Assembly (NCBI GenBank): GCA_963662945.1
Contig: OY759974.1
Coordinates: forward strand, 1,664,001-1,728,000
Direction of reading: 5' to 3'
Source of the DNA: Arcobacteraceae bacterium
GTDB lineage: Bacteria > Campylobacterota > Campylobacteria > Campylobacterales > Arcobacteraceae
Length of the DNA: 64,000 bases
Shown: in pieces, positions 42,575-51,098 of the stretch
Layout: the number at the start of each line of letters is the position of its first letter
Position numbering within the stretch: the stretch's first letter is position 1
Position numbers and translations under genes: made by a program
The notes under the pieces: generated by a model
The model's input: the letters and a program-made list of their open reading frames with translations, nothing else
Told to the model about the DNA's origin: nothing
The model's database searches: none

Positions 42575-43018
42575 ATGAAAAATTATTTAATATCTACAAT
42601 TTTTATTTCTTTTGTTATTGTAATGTTTTTTGTGAAGTTTCATACTTTTGTTGAAACCACATATATCATTAATTTTTTTAGTGATAATGTAGTATATTTA
42701 TTTGTATCTTTTTTATTTATAAATGCAAGTGCTTTGGGAGTCGTACTTTTGGAAGCAGGAGAGCTTATCAAAAATGATTTTATAACAACTAAGCAAGTTA
42801 TGATTTCTATAAATAAACAAATGAGGCTAATTAACAAACAAATTGTTTTAGTGTTTATTGCAATGTGTTTTTTAATATATTTTGATTCTATTTTTATTGA
42901 AAATAATCAAGAATATATATCTTTTCTTAATCTGTTTATCATCACTTTTTTTATGTATGAATTGGTAATATTATATGATACTGTAAAAAGTGTATTTATC
43001 GTTTCTAAAGTAAAATAA
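42575..43018 (+). CDS. Hypothetical 4-TM membrane protein
   Basis: Hydrophobic ORF; GAGG RBS before ATG 42575. Confidence 0.6.
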   Translation: MKNYLISTIFISFVIVMFFVKFHTFVETTYIINFFSDNVVYLFVSFLFINASALGVVLLEAGELIKNDFITTKQVMISINKQMRLINKQIVLVFIAMCFLIYFDSIFIENNQEYISFLNLFIITFFMYELVILYDTVKSVFIVSKVK

Positions 43019-43114
43019 ATCTTTTTCTTTCCTAATTCTAGGAGATTAATCTAAACTTAAATTATGTGACATTATTTAGATAAGATATGGTTATAATAAT
43101 AGATAAAATCAAAG

Positions 43115-43290
43115 GTAAAAAAGTTCAAAGACACTTAGGACAGATTTATTATAATTGACAAGACTGATGTCTATCATATCGGTGCTAGTTTGAAAGACTT
43201 TGGTAAAAAGTGCTTTGTATTCATTCTTTTTGAATTATATGCTTTTTCTAGGTTTGATACGGGGGTATTTGCTTTTTCGAGTAGATTGGA
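43115..43290 (+). pseudogene. Remnant of the C-terminal domain of an ORF6N/RhuM-associated protein
   Basis: Translates KKFKDT*DRFIIIDKTDVYHIGASLKDFGKKCF, matching from memory the HDRF.IID...YHIGASLKDLGKK.FAFS motif; in-frame TAG at 43136; no start codon. Confidence 0.65.
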
Positions 43291-43363
43291 GTGTAATATA
43301 TACAAGTAACAATATAATTATAATTATTAAAATAAGTAATTGAATACAATAAAAAGGTAAAAA

Positions 43364-44566
43364 ATGAAAGATAAAATATTTTTAAGTACAAAGAATAAAC
43401 TTATAGAAATTAATGAAGATGAATTAAGAATAAATGGAATTATACTAAAAGAAAAACAAGGTGAAGAAACTATTGAATATAAGCTATCTACTAGTATGCC
43501 TGAAGATAGATTAGTAGTGAAAGCTTTAGAACTAACTCAAAATTATTATATTAAATCTCTTGAAAAATTAGTATCTGCTGATAGGCTCCTTGTTTTAACT
43601 GGTGCGGGTAGTTCAAAAGATGATGCTTTATTTGGTGGCAAATTAATGACTGAACTTTGGGATCACATAACTACTCTTGTAAATCAAGACTTTAATTTTG
43701 AGACCTTTTTAAGTATTTTAGAAATTGATGGAGATGTAAAAAAAAATAAAGATTTAGAAATAGTTCTATCTAAAGCAAAACTATACTTAGAGTTTAAAAA
43801 TGATAGTAATGTCAATTTTCATGTAGATACAATAGAAAGAGCAATTTTAAGTCAATGTAGTTTTTCGTTAATAGATAAATCAATACACTTAGAGTTTATC
43901 AAAAAACTTACAAGTAGAAAAACAAAGCAATCAAGATTAAAAATATTTACGACTAACTATGACAAAGCATTTGAAGAAGCTGGTGCAGAAGGTGGATATG
44001 TAATTATTGATGGTTTTTCATTTACGCAGCCTAGAAAATTTAGTGGCAAATATTTTGACTATGATATTGTTATTAGAGAAAATAGTCGTACTTCATCTAC
44101 TGAAAATTTTGCCAACAATGTATTTCACTTGTATAAATTGCATGGATCAGTAAATTGGGAAAAACAAAGCAATGAAATTTTTCAAGTTGATAAACCATCT
44201 AAAGCTATGATGATATATCCGAATAGTAACAAATATGAATCATCTTATGAACAGCCTTATTTTGAAATGATGAGTAGATTTCAAAGTGAACTAAGAAAAG
44301 GAGGAACTACTACTTTGATTGTAGTAGGATTTAGTTTTGCTGATAAACATATTTTTACAATGACAATTGAAGCGTTAAATCAAAATCCAAGTTTAAATAT
44401 CGTTATTATAGAACCATTTATTAATCCTGAAATAAATGAGAACTTTAAAAAGTTGTTCGAATTATCAAAAAGAAGTAGCCAAGTATTAATCATAGGTGAA
44501 TTTTTTAAAGATTTTGTAACAAATTTGCCTTCTAGCCAATATTTAGACTTTAATGGTAACTCATAA
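43364..44566 (+). CDS. SIR2-family NADase of a Sir2-HerA defence system
   Basis: LTGAGSS, IFTTNYD, KLHGSVNW, VGFSFAD.HI; TAATG overlap with herA. Confidence 0.9.
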   Translation: MKDKIFLSTKNKLIEINEDELRINGIILKEKQGEETIEYKLSTSMPEDRLVVKALELTQNYYIKSLEKLVSADRLLVLTGAGSSKDDALFGGKLMTELWDHITTLVNQDFNFETFLSILEIDGDVKKNKDLEIVLSKAKLYLEFKNDSNVNFHVDTIERAILSQCSFSLIDKSIHLEFIKKLTSRKTKQSRLKIFTTNYDKAFEEAGAEGGYVIIDGFSFTQPRKFSGKYFDYDIVIRENSRTSSTENFANNVFHLYKLHGSVNWEKQSNEIFQVDKPSKAMMIYPNSNKYESSYEQPYFEMMSRFQSELRKGGTTTLIVVGFSFADKHIFTMTIEALNQNPSLNIVIIEPFINPEINENFKKLFELSKRSSQVLIIGEFFKDFVTNLPSSQYLDFNGNS

Positions 44567-46266
44567 TGAATAAGCATATTTTTGTTAATGATAAATTTGT
44601 AGGATATATTTCGAAAGTCACACCGAACTTTTCTAATATTCATTTTCCAACACCTACTCTCCTGAAAAAATTTTGGCACTATGAGGATGAATTGTCTGGT
44701 GGAATTGTTGGTAATTATGTTGTGATTGAAGGTGAAAACTTTGGTTTTTTAGGAAAACTACAAGAAGTGTCTTTACCTGAAAAAGAACAAAATTTTCTAG
44801 GAGAACATGCTTTTTATGATTCAAGTTTTCATCCTCAAGGCAAAATAGAATTATTATTATCATTTAATTATTATTCGACAAAAATAGATAAAGGGCTTGA
44901 TAAATATCCTGCTGTTGGTTCTAAAGTATATTTATGTTCAGCAGATTTAATAAAAACATTATTTGTAAGTGACAATTCTAATGGTAGTGTATCTTTTGAT
45001 ATAGCCAAGCTTACTAATGGTTTGGAAACTGACCTTCCCTTGAATCCCAATCAACTTTTTGGACGACATTGTGCTATAGTAGGTACAACTGGAGGAGGTA
45101 AAAGCTATACAATATCAAGGATACTTGAAGAGTTTTTACATCTAAATAAATCAAAAGCTATTTTAATAGACGCTACTGGAGAGTATGAAAACTTTTATGA
45201 CTTAGAAAATGTAAAAACAGTAAAGTTCGGTGCAAATGATGAAGATACATTTTTTCACTATTCAAGACTTAGAACGATGGATTTAGTAGCTTTATTTAGA
45301 CCAAGTGAAAATACACAAAAACCAAAATTAATTAACGCAATAGAAAGCCTCCGAACAGTAGAATATTATAATGTGAATAAAGATGTAAGTAATCCGACAT
45401 TCAATATTTTTAAAAAAGCGAATGAACCAAAAACTACTTATAATTCTTGGTATACATTAGCTAGAGCAGAAAAAAATTTTGATAATAGTTATTTTAATAT
45501 GAGAAACCTAAATCATCAACTAAACGAAGAATGTGTGAAGCTTAGTAGTGGTAATAATCAAACGATGTATGGCGATTATAACAATCAAGAAAAAGGATAT
45601 ATAACTTCATTATTGACAAGAATAGAGGTTCTTAAAAATAATAGTTTTTTTAATAATATATTTGGATTTAATAAACAATTAAATGATAACAATGAATTTA
45701 ATCAAGAATTAGAAAATTTTTTAGATATTAATCAAACAGAGCAAACATTATTTATAATATCACTGAAAGATGCATCATTTGAAAAAGGTTTAAGAGAAAT
45801 ATTAACAAATTCAATTGGTAACTATTTATTGGAAGAAGCTAGGCAATATAAATTTAAAGAAAATCCTCTTGTATTATTTGTTGATGAAGCACATCAGTTT
45901 CTAAAAAAAACTATTGCTGATGATTCGTTTCAAGATTTGGAGTTAGATGCTTTCGATAAAATAGCTAAAGAATGTAGAAAACATGGATTATTTTTATGTA
46001 TATCAACCCAAACACCAAGAGATATACCAGTAGGTACATTAAGTCAAATGGGTACATTTATAGTACATAGACTTATAAATGAAACAGATAGAAGTGTAAT
46101 AGAAAAAGCTTGTTCAGAAGGTAATAAAAGTTCATTGTCATATTTACCTACTTTACAATCAGGTGAAGCACTTTTAATAAGTATTGAAATGCCCATGCCA
46201 ATTATTATTAAAATTAAAGAACCTAATATAAAGCCTACATCATTAACACCAAAACTTTTTCAATAA
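44566..46266 (+). CDS. HerA/FtsK-like ATPase of a Sir2-HerA defence system
   Basis: N-terminal HAS-barrel-like region, RHCAIVGTTGGGKS, ID.TGEY, FVDEAH, AKECRKHG, LSQMGT...HRL. Confidence 0.92.
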   Translation: MNKHIFVNDKFVGYISKVTPNFSNIHFPTPTLLKKFWHYEDELSGGIVGNYVVIEGENFGFLGKLQEVSLPEKEQNFLGEHAFYDSSFHPQGKIELLLSFNYYSTKIDKGLDKYPAVGSKVYLCSADLIKTLFVSDNSNGSVSFDIAKLTNGLETDLPLNPNQLFGRHCAIVGTTGGGKSYTISRILEEFLHLNKSKAILIDATGEYENFYDLENVKTVKFGANDEDTFFHYSRLRTMDLVALFRPSENTQKPKLINAIESLRTVEYYNVNKDVSNPTFNIFKKANEPKTTYNSWYTLARAEKNFDNSYFNMRNLNHQLNEECVKLSSGNNQTMYGDYNNQEKGYITSLLTRIEVLKNNSFFNNIFGFNKQLNDNNEFNQELENFLDINQTEQTLFIISLKDASFEKGLREILTNSIGNYLLEEARQYKFKENPLVLFVDEAHQFLKKTIADDSFQDLELDAFDKIAKECRKHGLFLCISTQTPRDIPVGTLSQMGTFIVHRLINETDRSVIEKACSEGNKSSLSYLPTLQSGEALLISIEMPMPIIIKIKEPNIKPTSLTPKLFQ

Positions 46267-46282
46267 GAGGAGAATCAATAAT

Positions 46283-47116
46283 ATGGATATAGTAAAATGT
46301 ACTTTAGATAATAAAACATATAGTGTTAAAGAATTTGAAAAACTTGACCCTTCTGAATTAGCTCAAAAAAGAAGGTTTTTAGAGTGTAAGTGTGGAGGTC
46401 CTGCTTTTTTTCGTAAAGCTTCACGAAGTGGTCAAGGAGCATGTTTTGGTGCAAGACCACATAAAGGAGATTGTGATTTAGCTTCTCCAGACAGTGAAAG
46501 TCTAAATGGAAGTTTATCTCCTGAGGATAAAGAGTTTATAAACTCAGGAAATGAAATAAGATTAGATTTACAATATGGTGCAGTGGAAAGTAAACATATT
46601 ACAGATGATGAGGATTTAAATGAAGCTGGAAAGAATAAAGGCTCATCTCATTCAGCAGAGAATGGAAAAGGAAAAAGTGTTCTTCAAAGAAGGTTGAGTA
46701 CTTTACTTCGCACATTAGTTAAGGAAAAAGACTTTTTTAAAGATTCTACTCAAGAAATTTATTTTAAAGCTAAACATCCATATTATGCAAAAAACTTTTT
46801 TATACATTCTGATTATATTACAAATGAATATGTAAAAAATATTAATTTTAGAAGTTATAGAGCAATTTGGAGTTTAATATCAGATTGTAGGTATTCTAAT
46901 GATGAAAAAAGTTTATGGATAAATACTGGTGGAAATGACAATATAAGTATTTTGATTGAAGAAGAATTTCTTAATGCTTTTCTTGATAGATTTAAAGTAA
47001 AAGATATTGAAGATTTATCAGGTAAATATGTTTTAAATATTGGAAAGTTAAAAGAATCTAAGCATAATAAAATTTATTCAATATTAGAAGACATATCTTA
47101 TATCTCTGTAGTATAA
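46283..47116 (+). CDS. Hypothetical protein with Cys/His-rich N-terminus
   Basis: 277 aa, GAGGAG RBS, starts 16 nt after herA; C-K-C...CF...PH...C putative zinc site. Confidence 0.8.
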   Translation: MDIVKCTLDNKTYSVKEFEKLDPSELAQKRRFLECKCGGPAFFRKASRSGQGACFGARPHKGDCDLASPDSESLNGSLSPEDKEFINSGNEIRLDLQYGAVESKHITDDEDLNEAGKNKGSSHSAENGKGKSVLQRRLSTLLRTLVKEKDFFKDSTQEIYFKAKHPYYAKNFFIHSDYITNEYVKNINFRSYRAIWSLISDCRYSNDEKSLWINTGGNDNISILIEEEFLNAFLDRFKVKDIEDLSGKYVLNIGKLKESKHNKIYSILEDISYISVV

Positions 47117-47266
47117 TATAAATATTTCTAAAAAATATTAAGACCTTCAACAGACTTGTATTTATATGTTTTTAATAATAATTTTCAAAGGATATACTAA
47201 ACCTTACAACAAAATATGTTAAACTAAATAATCAATTTAGAAAAATCAAAAGGTATTATAAATATT

Positions 47267-48442
47267 ATGAAAAACTTATGGACAGATGACGAATCAAGCA
47301 ACTACAAGACAGATTTAGAACTTCGAGTTTATACTTCACAACTATTGGGTAGAAGTGATGAGCTAGTACTTCATGGGGGTGGAAACACTTCTGTGAAATC
47401 TATCGTTGACGGACAAGATATATTGTATGTCAAAGGAAGTGGTTGGGATCTTGTGAGTATTGAAAAAGAGGGCTTTGCTCCTGTGGAACTTACTATGTTG
47501 CAAGATATGGCAAAAGTTGAAGAGCTAAGCGATAGTGAGATGGTATCAGCTCAAAGAGAAGCTATGATAGATAAGTCCGCTCCAAATCCATCTGTAGAAG
47601 CTATACTTCATGCAATCATCCCTTTTAAATTTGTAGACCATACCCATGCAGATGCGGTTGTAACTATCTCAAACAGTATAGATGGGGAAAAATATATCAA
47701 AGAGGTGTATCCAAACTTTTTGGTTATCCCTTATGTGATGCCTGGATTTATACTAGCACATACAATTTATAAGATGATACAAGGATTAGATTGGGAGAGT
47801 TGCGAGGGGATTATCTTACTTAATCATGGGATATTTACTTTTGATGATGATGCGAAAAAATCATATGATAAGATGATAGATGCCGTGACACTTGCTGAAA
47901 ACTTTTTAGATAAAAATGCTCCACTAGAGATAGAAAAATATAGCCCGCGAGGGATGCTTGATATTGATAAACTCCAACAAATCATAAGTAGTGAGAAAGG
48001 GTATGAAGTATTTGTAAAAGTAAATCAATCTCCACTAGCACTTCACTACGCTTCAACTAGAAACCTCAAAACATTTGCTACAAGAGGGGTACTTACACCT
48101 GAACATATCATACGAACAAAAAGAGAGCCACTTATCTTAGAAGATGATAATATTCAAAGTGCAATAGATAGATACAAAGAGGATTATACAGCATATTTCA
48201 ATACTCACAAAAAAGATGAGATTATGTTAAATCCATCTCCAAACTGGGTAGTGGTAAAAAACTTTGGAACAGTAAGCTTTGGAAAAAATGAAAAAGAAGC
48301 AAGTATCATAGAAGATATAAACAACCACACTATGAATGCTGTTTTAAAAGCAGATATGTTAGGTGGCTATGAAAGTATAAGCTTACAAGATAGCTTTGAG
48401 ATGGAATATTGGGAACTCGAACAAGCCAAACTTAAAAAGTAG
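47267..48442 (+). CDS. Class II aldolase/adducin family protein (like the aldolase half of bifunctional rhamnulose-1-P aldolase/SDR)
   Basis: HGGGNTSVK, VKGSGWDL, PSVE..LH, HTHAD, NHG; ends EYWELEQAKL. Confidence 0.88.
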   Translation: MKNLWTDDESSNYKTDLELRVYTSQLLGRSDELVLHGGGNTSVKSIVDGQDILYVKGSGWDLVSIEKEGFAPVELTMLQDMAKVEELSDSEMVSAQREAMIDKSAPNPSVEAILHAIIPFKFVDHTHADAVVTISNSIDGEKYIKEVYPNFLVIPYVMPGFILAHTIYKMIQGLDWESCEGIILLNHGIFTFDDDAKKSYDKMIDAVTLAENFLDKNAPLEIEKYSPRGMLDIDKLQQIISSEKGYEVFVKVNQSPLALHYASTRNLKTFATRGVLTPEHIIRTKREPLILEDDNIQSAIDRYKEDYTAYFNTHKKDEIMLNPSPNWVVVKNFGTVSFGKNEKEASIIEDINNHTMNAVLKADMLGGYESISLQDSFEMEYWELEQAKLKK

Positions 48443-48450
48443 GACAAAAA

Positions 48451-50007
48451 ATGCAACAATATTTAATGGCAATAGATGCAGGAACAGGAAGTGTAAGAGC
48501 TGTAATATTTGATATAGAGGGAAATCAAATAGCAATGTCACAACAAGAGTGGACACATCTTGAAGAGGTAGGCGTTCCTAACTCTATGAGTTTTGATTGT
48601 GATACAAACTGGGAGTTAACTGTATCTTGTATCCAAGAGTCTATAAAGTTAGCTAATATTGATGCTAAAGATATAGTTGCTGTAAGTTCTACAAGCATGA
48701 GAGAGGGGATTGTCCTTTATGATAAAGAAGGAGTTGAACTTTTTGCTGTTGCTAATGTAGATGCAAGAGCAGGGGATGAGGTAAAGTATCTTCATGAGCA
48801 TTTTAATGGACTTGAAGAGCAGTTTTATAAAGAGTCTGGGCAAACCTTTGCTTTGGGTGCAATTCCTCGTATTATGTGGCTTAAAAACAATAAACCAGAA
48901 CTTTATAATCAAGTAGCCAAAATAGGGATGATAAGTGATTGGATACTTTATAAACTAAGTGGCATATTTTCAAGTGACCCAAGTAATAGTGGTACAAGTG
49001 GTATCTTTAGTTTAGAAAAAAGAGATTGGGTAGCTTCAATGGCTTCAAATGTAGGACTAAAAGATGATATTTTTCCAAATGTTTACGAAGTAGGAGAGGT
49101 TATAGGAAGAGTTACAGATAATACTTGTGGACTGGAAAGTTCTACATTAGTGGTACAAGGTGGTGGAGATGTACAACTTGGTTCTGCTGGTCTTGGAGTT
49201 GTAGAACTTGGAGATGTAGCTATTTTAGGTGGTTCATTTTGGCAACAAATAGTCAATATAAAAAGTGACATAACACCACCTGCTGATATGAGTATTCGAG
49301 TAAATCCACACGTAGTTTCAAACCAATCACAAGCGGAAGGGATCACTTTTTTTAGTGGTTTGGTTATGCGATGGTTTCGAGATGCTTTTTGTGATATGGA
49401 AAAGCTAGAAGCTAAAGAAAAAGGTGTAGATGTTTATGAGATACTTGAAAGCAAAGCTTCACAAGTACCAGTTGGTTCAAATGGTATTATTCCTATATTT
49501 AGTGATAGTATGAAATATGGGAAATGGTACCATGCAGCTCCTAGTTTTTTAAATCTAAGTATTGACCCAAATATTTGTAATCGCCCATCAATGTTTAGAA
49601 GTTTACAAGAAAATGCGTGTATCGTAAGTGATATAAACTTGAAAAAAATAGAAGCCTTTAGTGGTATAAAAGCTAAAACAATAGTATTTGCAAGTGGGGC
49701 TAGTCGTGGGAAACTTTGGTGCCAAATTTTAGCTGATGTAACTGGTTGTACTATAAAAGTGCCAAAAGTAACTGAAGCTACAGCTTTGGGGGCTGCTATG
49801 GCGGCTGGAGTTGGTGCTGGAATTTATAGTGATTTACAAACTGCTGCAAAAAAGCTTGTAGTTTGGGATAAAAAGTATCAACCAAATATGGCAAACCATG
49901 AAAAATATAAAGAGATAAAAGAGACTTGGCAAAAAGCGTACGATAAGCAACTAGAGCTTGTAGATGAGGGGATTACAACCTCTATGTGGAAAGCACCAGG
50001 TTTATAG
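48451..50007 (+). CDS. lsrK: Autoinducer-2 kinase (FGGY family)
   Basis: AIDAGTGSVRAVIFD, SMREGIVLYD, ANVDARA, GGGDVQLG, GGSFWQQ, WYHAAPSF, C-terminal W.APGL. Confidence 0.88.
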   Translation: MQQYLMAIDAGTGSVRAVIFDIEGNQIAMSQQEWTHLEEVGVPNSMSFDCDTNWELTVSCIQESIKLANIDAKDIVAVSSTSMREGIVLYDKEGVELFAVANVDARAGDEVKYLHEHFNGLEEQFYKESGQTFALGAIPRIMWLKNNKPELYNQVAKIGMISDWILYKLSGIFSSDPSNSGTSGIFSLEKRDWVASMASNVGLKDDIFPNVYEVGEVIGRVTDNTCGLESSTLVVQGGGDVQLGSAGLGVVELGDVAILGGSFWQQIVNIKSDITPPADMSIRVNPHVVSNQSQAEGITFFSGLVMRWFRDAFCDMEKLEAKEKGVDVYEILESKASQVPVGSNGIIPIFSDSMKYGKWYHAAPSFLNLSIDPNICNRPSMFRSLQENACIVSDINLKKIEAFSGIKAKTIVFASGASRGKLWCQILADVTGCTIKVPKVTEATALGAAMAAGVGAGIYSDLQTAAKKLVVWDKKYQPNMANHEKYKEIKETWQKAYDKQLELVDEGITTSMWKAPGL

Positions 50008-50021
50008 GTAATTTAAAAATC

Positions 50022-50187
50022 GCACAATTCTATATTCAGTTTTAGTTAAGATTAACAAAAAAATTACGCGTGATTTGAAGATAGAGAGCAAGGAATTAAT
50101 AGCTTTATAAATGAAGAGCTATAATAAGTAATTAACTACTAAAGCTATTTTCTTTAATCTTAACTAAAACTGAATATAGAATTGTGC
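50022..50187. mobile_element. 166-bp MITE-like element with perfect 34-bp terminal inverted repeats
   Basis: 50022-50055 GCACAATTCTATATTCAGTTTTAGTTAAGATTAA is the exact reverse complement of 50154-50187; no ORF inside. Confidence 0.75.
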
Positions 50188-50237
50188 TAGATTAAAAAAT
50201 ATTTGATACAATACAAAAAATAAAATAAGGATAAAGA

Positions 50238-50528
50238 ATGTCAACAATAACAAAAAGGGTAACATTTATAGCAAAAGAGGGTTGTGAAGATAAAATGAAA
50301 GAGCTTTTAACAGCTATGGTTGAGCCATCAAAAAAAGAGGATGGTTGTATTTTTTATGATATTTTTCAATATGAAAATAATAGAAGAAAATTTTCAGCAA
50401 TCGAGTCTTGGCGAGATGAGAAAGCTTTAGATGGACATAAAGCAACAGCACATTATGCAGTATATAAATCTAGTTATGAGCCTTATTGTGAAGATAAATA
50501 TACTGATGAGTTAGAGATTTTAGGTTAA
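50238..50528 (+). CDS. ABM-family protein, LsrG-like
   Basis: E.GCI.YD, E.W.DE.AL..HK.T.HY; downstream of lsrK. Confidence 0.75.
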   Translation: MSTITKRVTFIAKEGCEDKMKELLTAMVEPSKKEDGCIFYDIFQYENNRRKFSAIESWRDEKALDGHKATAHYAVYKSSYEPYCEDKYTDELEILG

Positions 50529-50535
50529 TATTATT

Positions 50536-51000
50536 TTATAATTTTTTATAGATTGTAAAAAATTCTTGTAGATTATCAAAAAAGATATCTACAAGTTTAG
50601 GATCAAATTGTTTTCCCTTTTCATTTTTAATTATTTCAAATATCTTTTCATTATCCCAAAATAATTGATTTTTTCCAAGAGTATAAATATAATTAGCTAA
50701 AGCTACAATTCTTCCATGAATACTTATTTCTTCATCTTTAAGTCCCATAGGGTAACCATTTCCATCATATCTTTCATGACGTTCATAGGATATATTTGAA
50801 GCAATAAATTCAAATTGTTCATTTTGGAGTGTATCAAATATTTCTAGTTGTTCTTTATGATTATGTGTAATAGCTTTTTTAATAAGAAATATCTCTTCTT
50901 TATCTAATCCATGATATTTCGCTAAAACTTCTGCATATAAAGCTATTATTTCAAAATTTTTATCAAATGAATGATTTTGAGTTAAAAGATTTATAGACAT
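50536..51000 (-). CDS. Truncated, degenerate HD-GYP protein
   Basis: HERYDGNGYP and GKQFDPKLVDIFF nearly identical to the neighbour; HD dyad absent. Confidence 0.7.
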   Translation of the reverse strand: MSINLLTQNHSFDKNFEIIALYAEVLAKYHGLDKEEIFLIKKAITHNHKEQLEIFDTLQNEQFEFIASNISYERHERYDGNGYPMGLKDEEISIHGRIVALANYIYTLGKNQLFWDNEKIFEIIKNEKGKQFDPKLVDIFFDNLQEFFTIYKKL

Positions 51001-51098
51001 ATTTTGTCCCTTTCTATTTTATTTGCAGAATTGTAACTTGAACTAGTATCGTACAAGTAACATTTTATTTTGTAATGATAAAAATCGTAAAAATGAGA

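Noticed and set aside
43211-43290. Possible mini-CRISPR from the 30-bp periodicity
   Set aside because: The repeated unit is only 6-9 bp, there are no cas genes, and gene-end remnants explain it better
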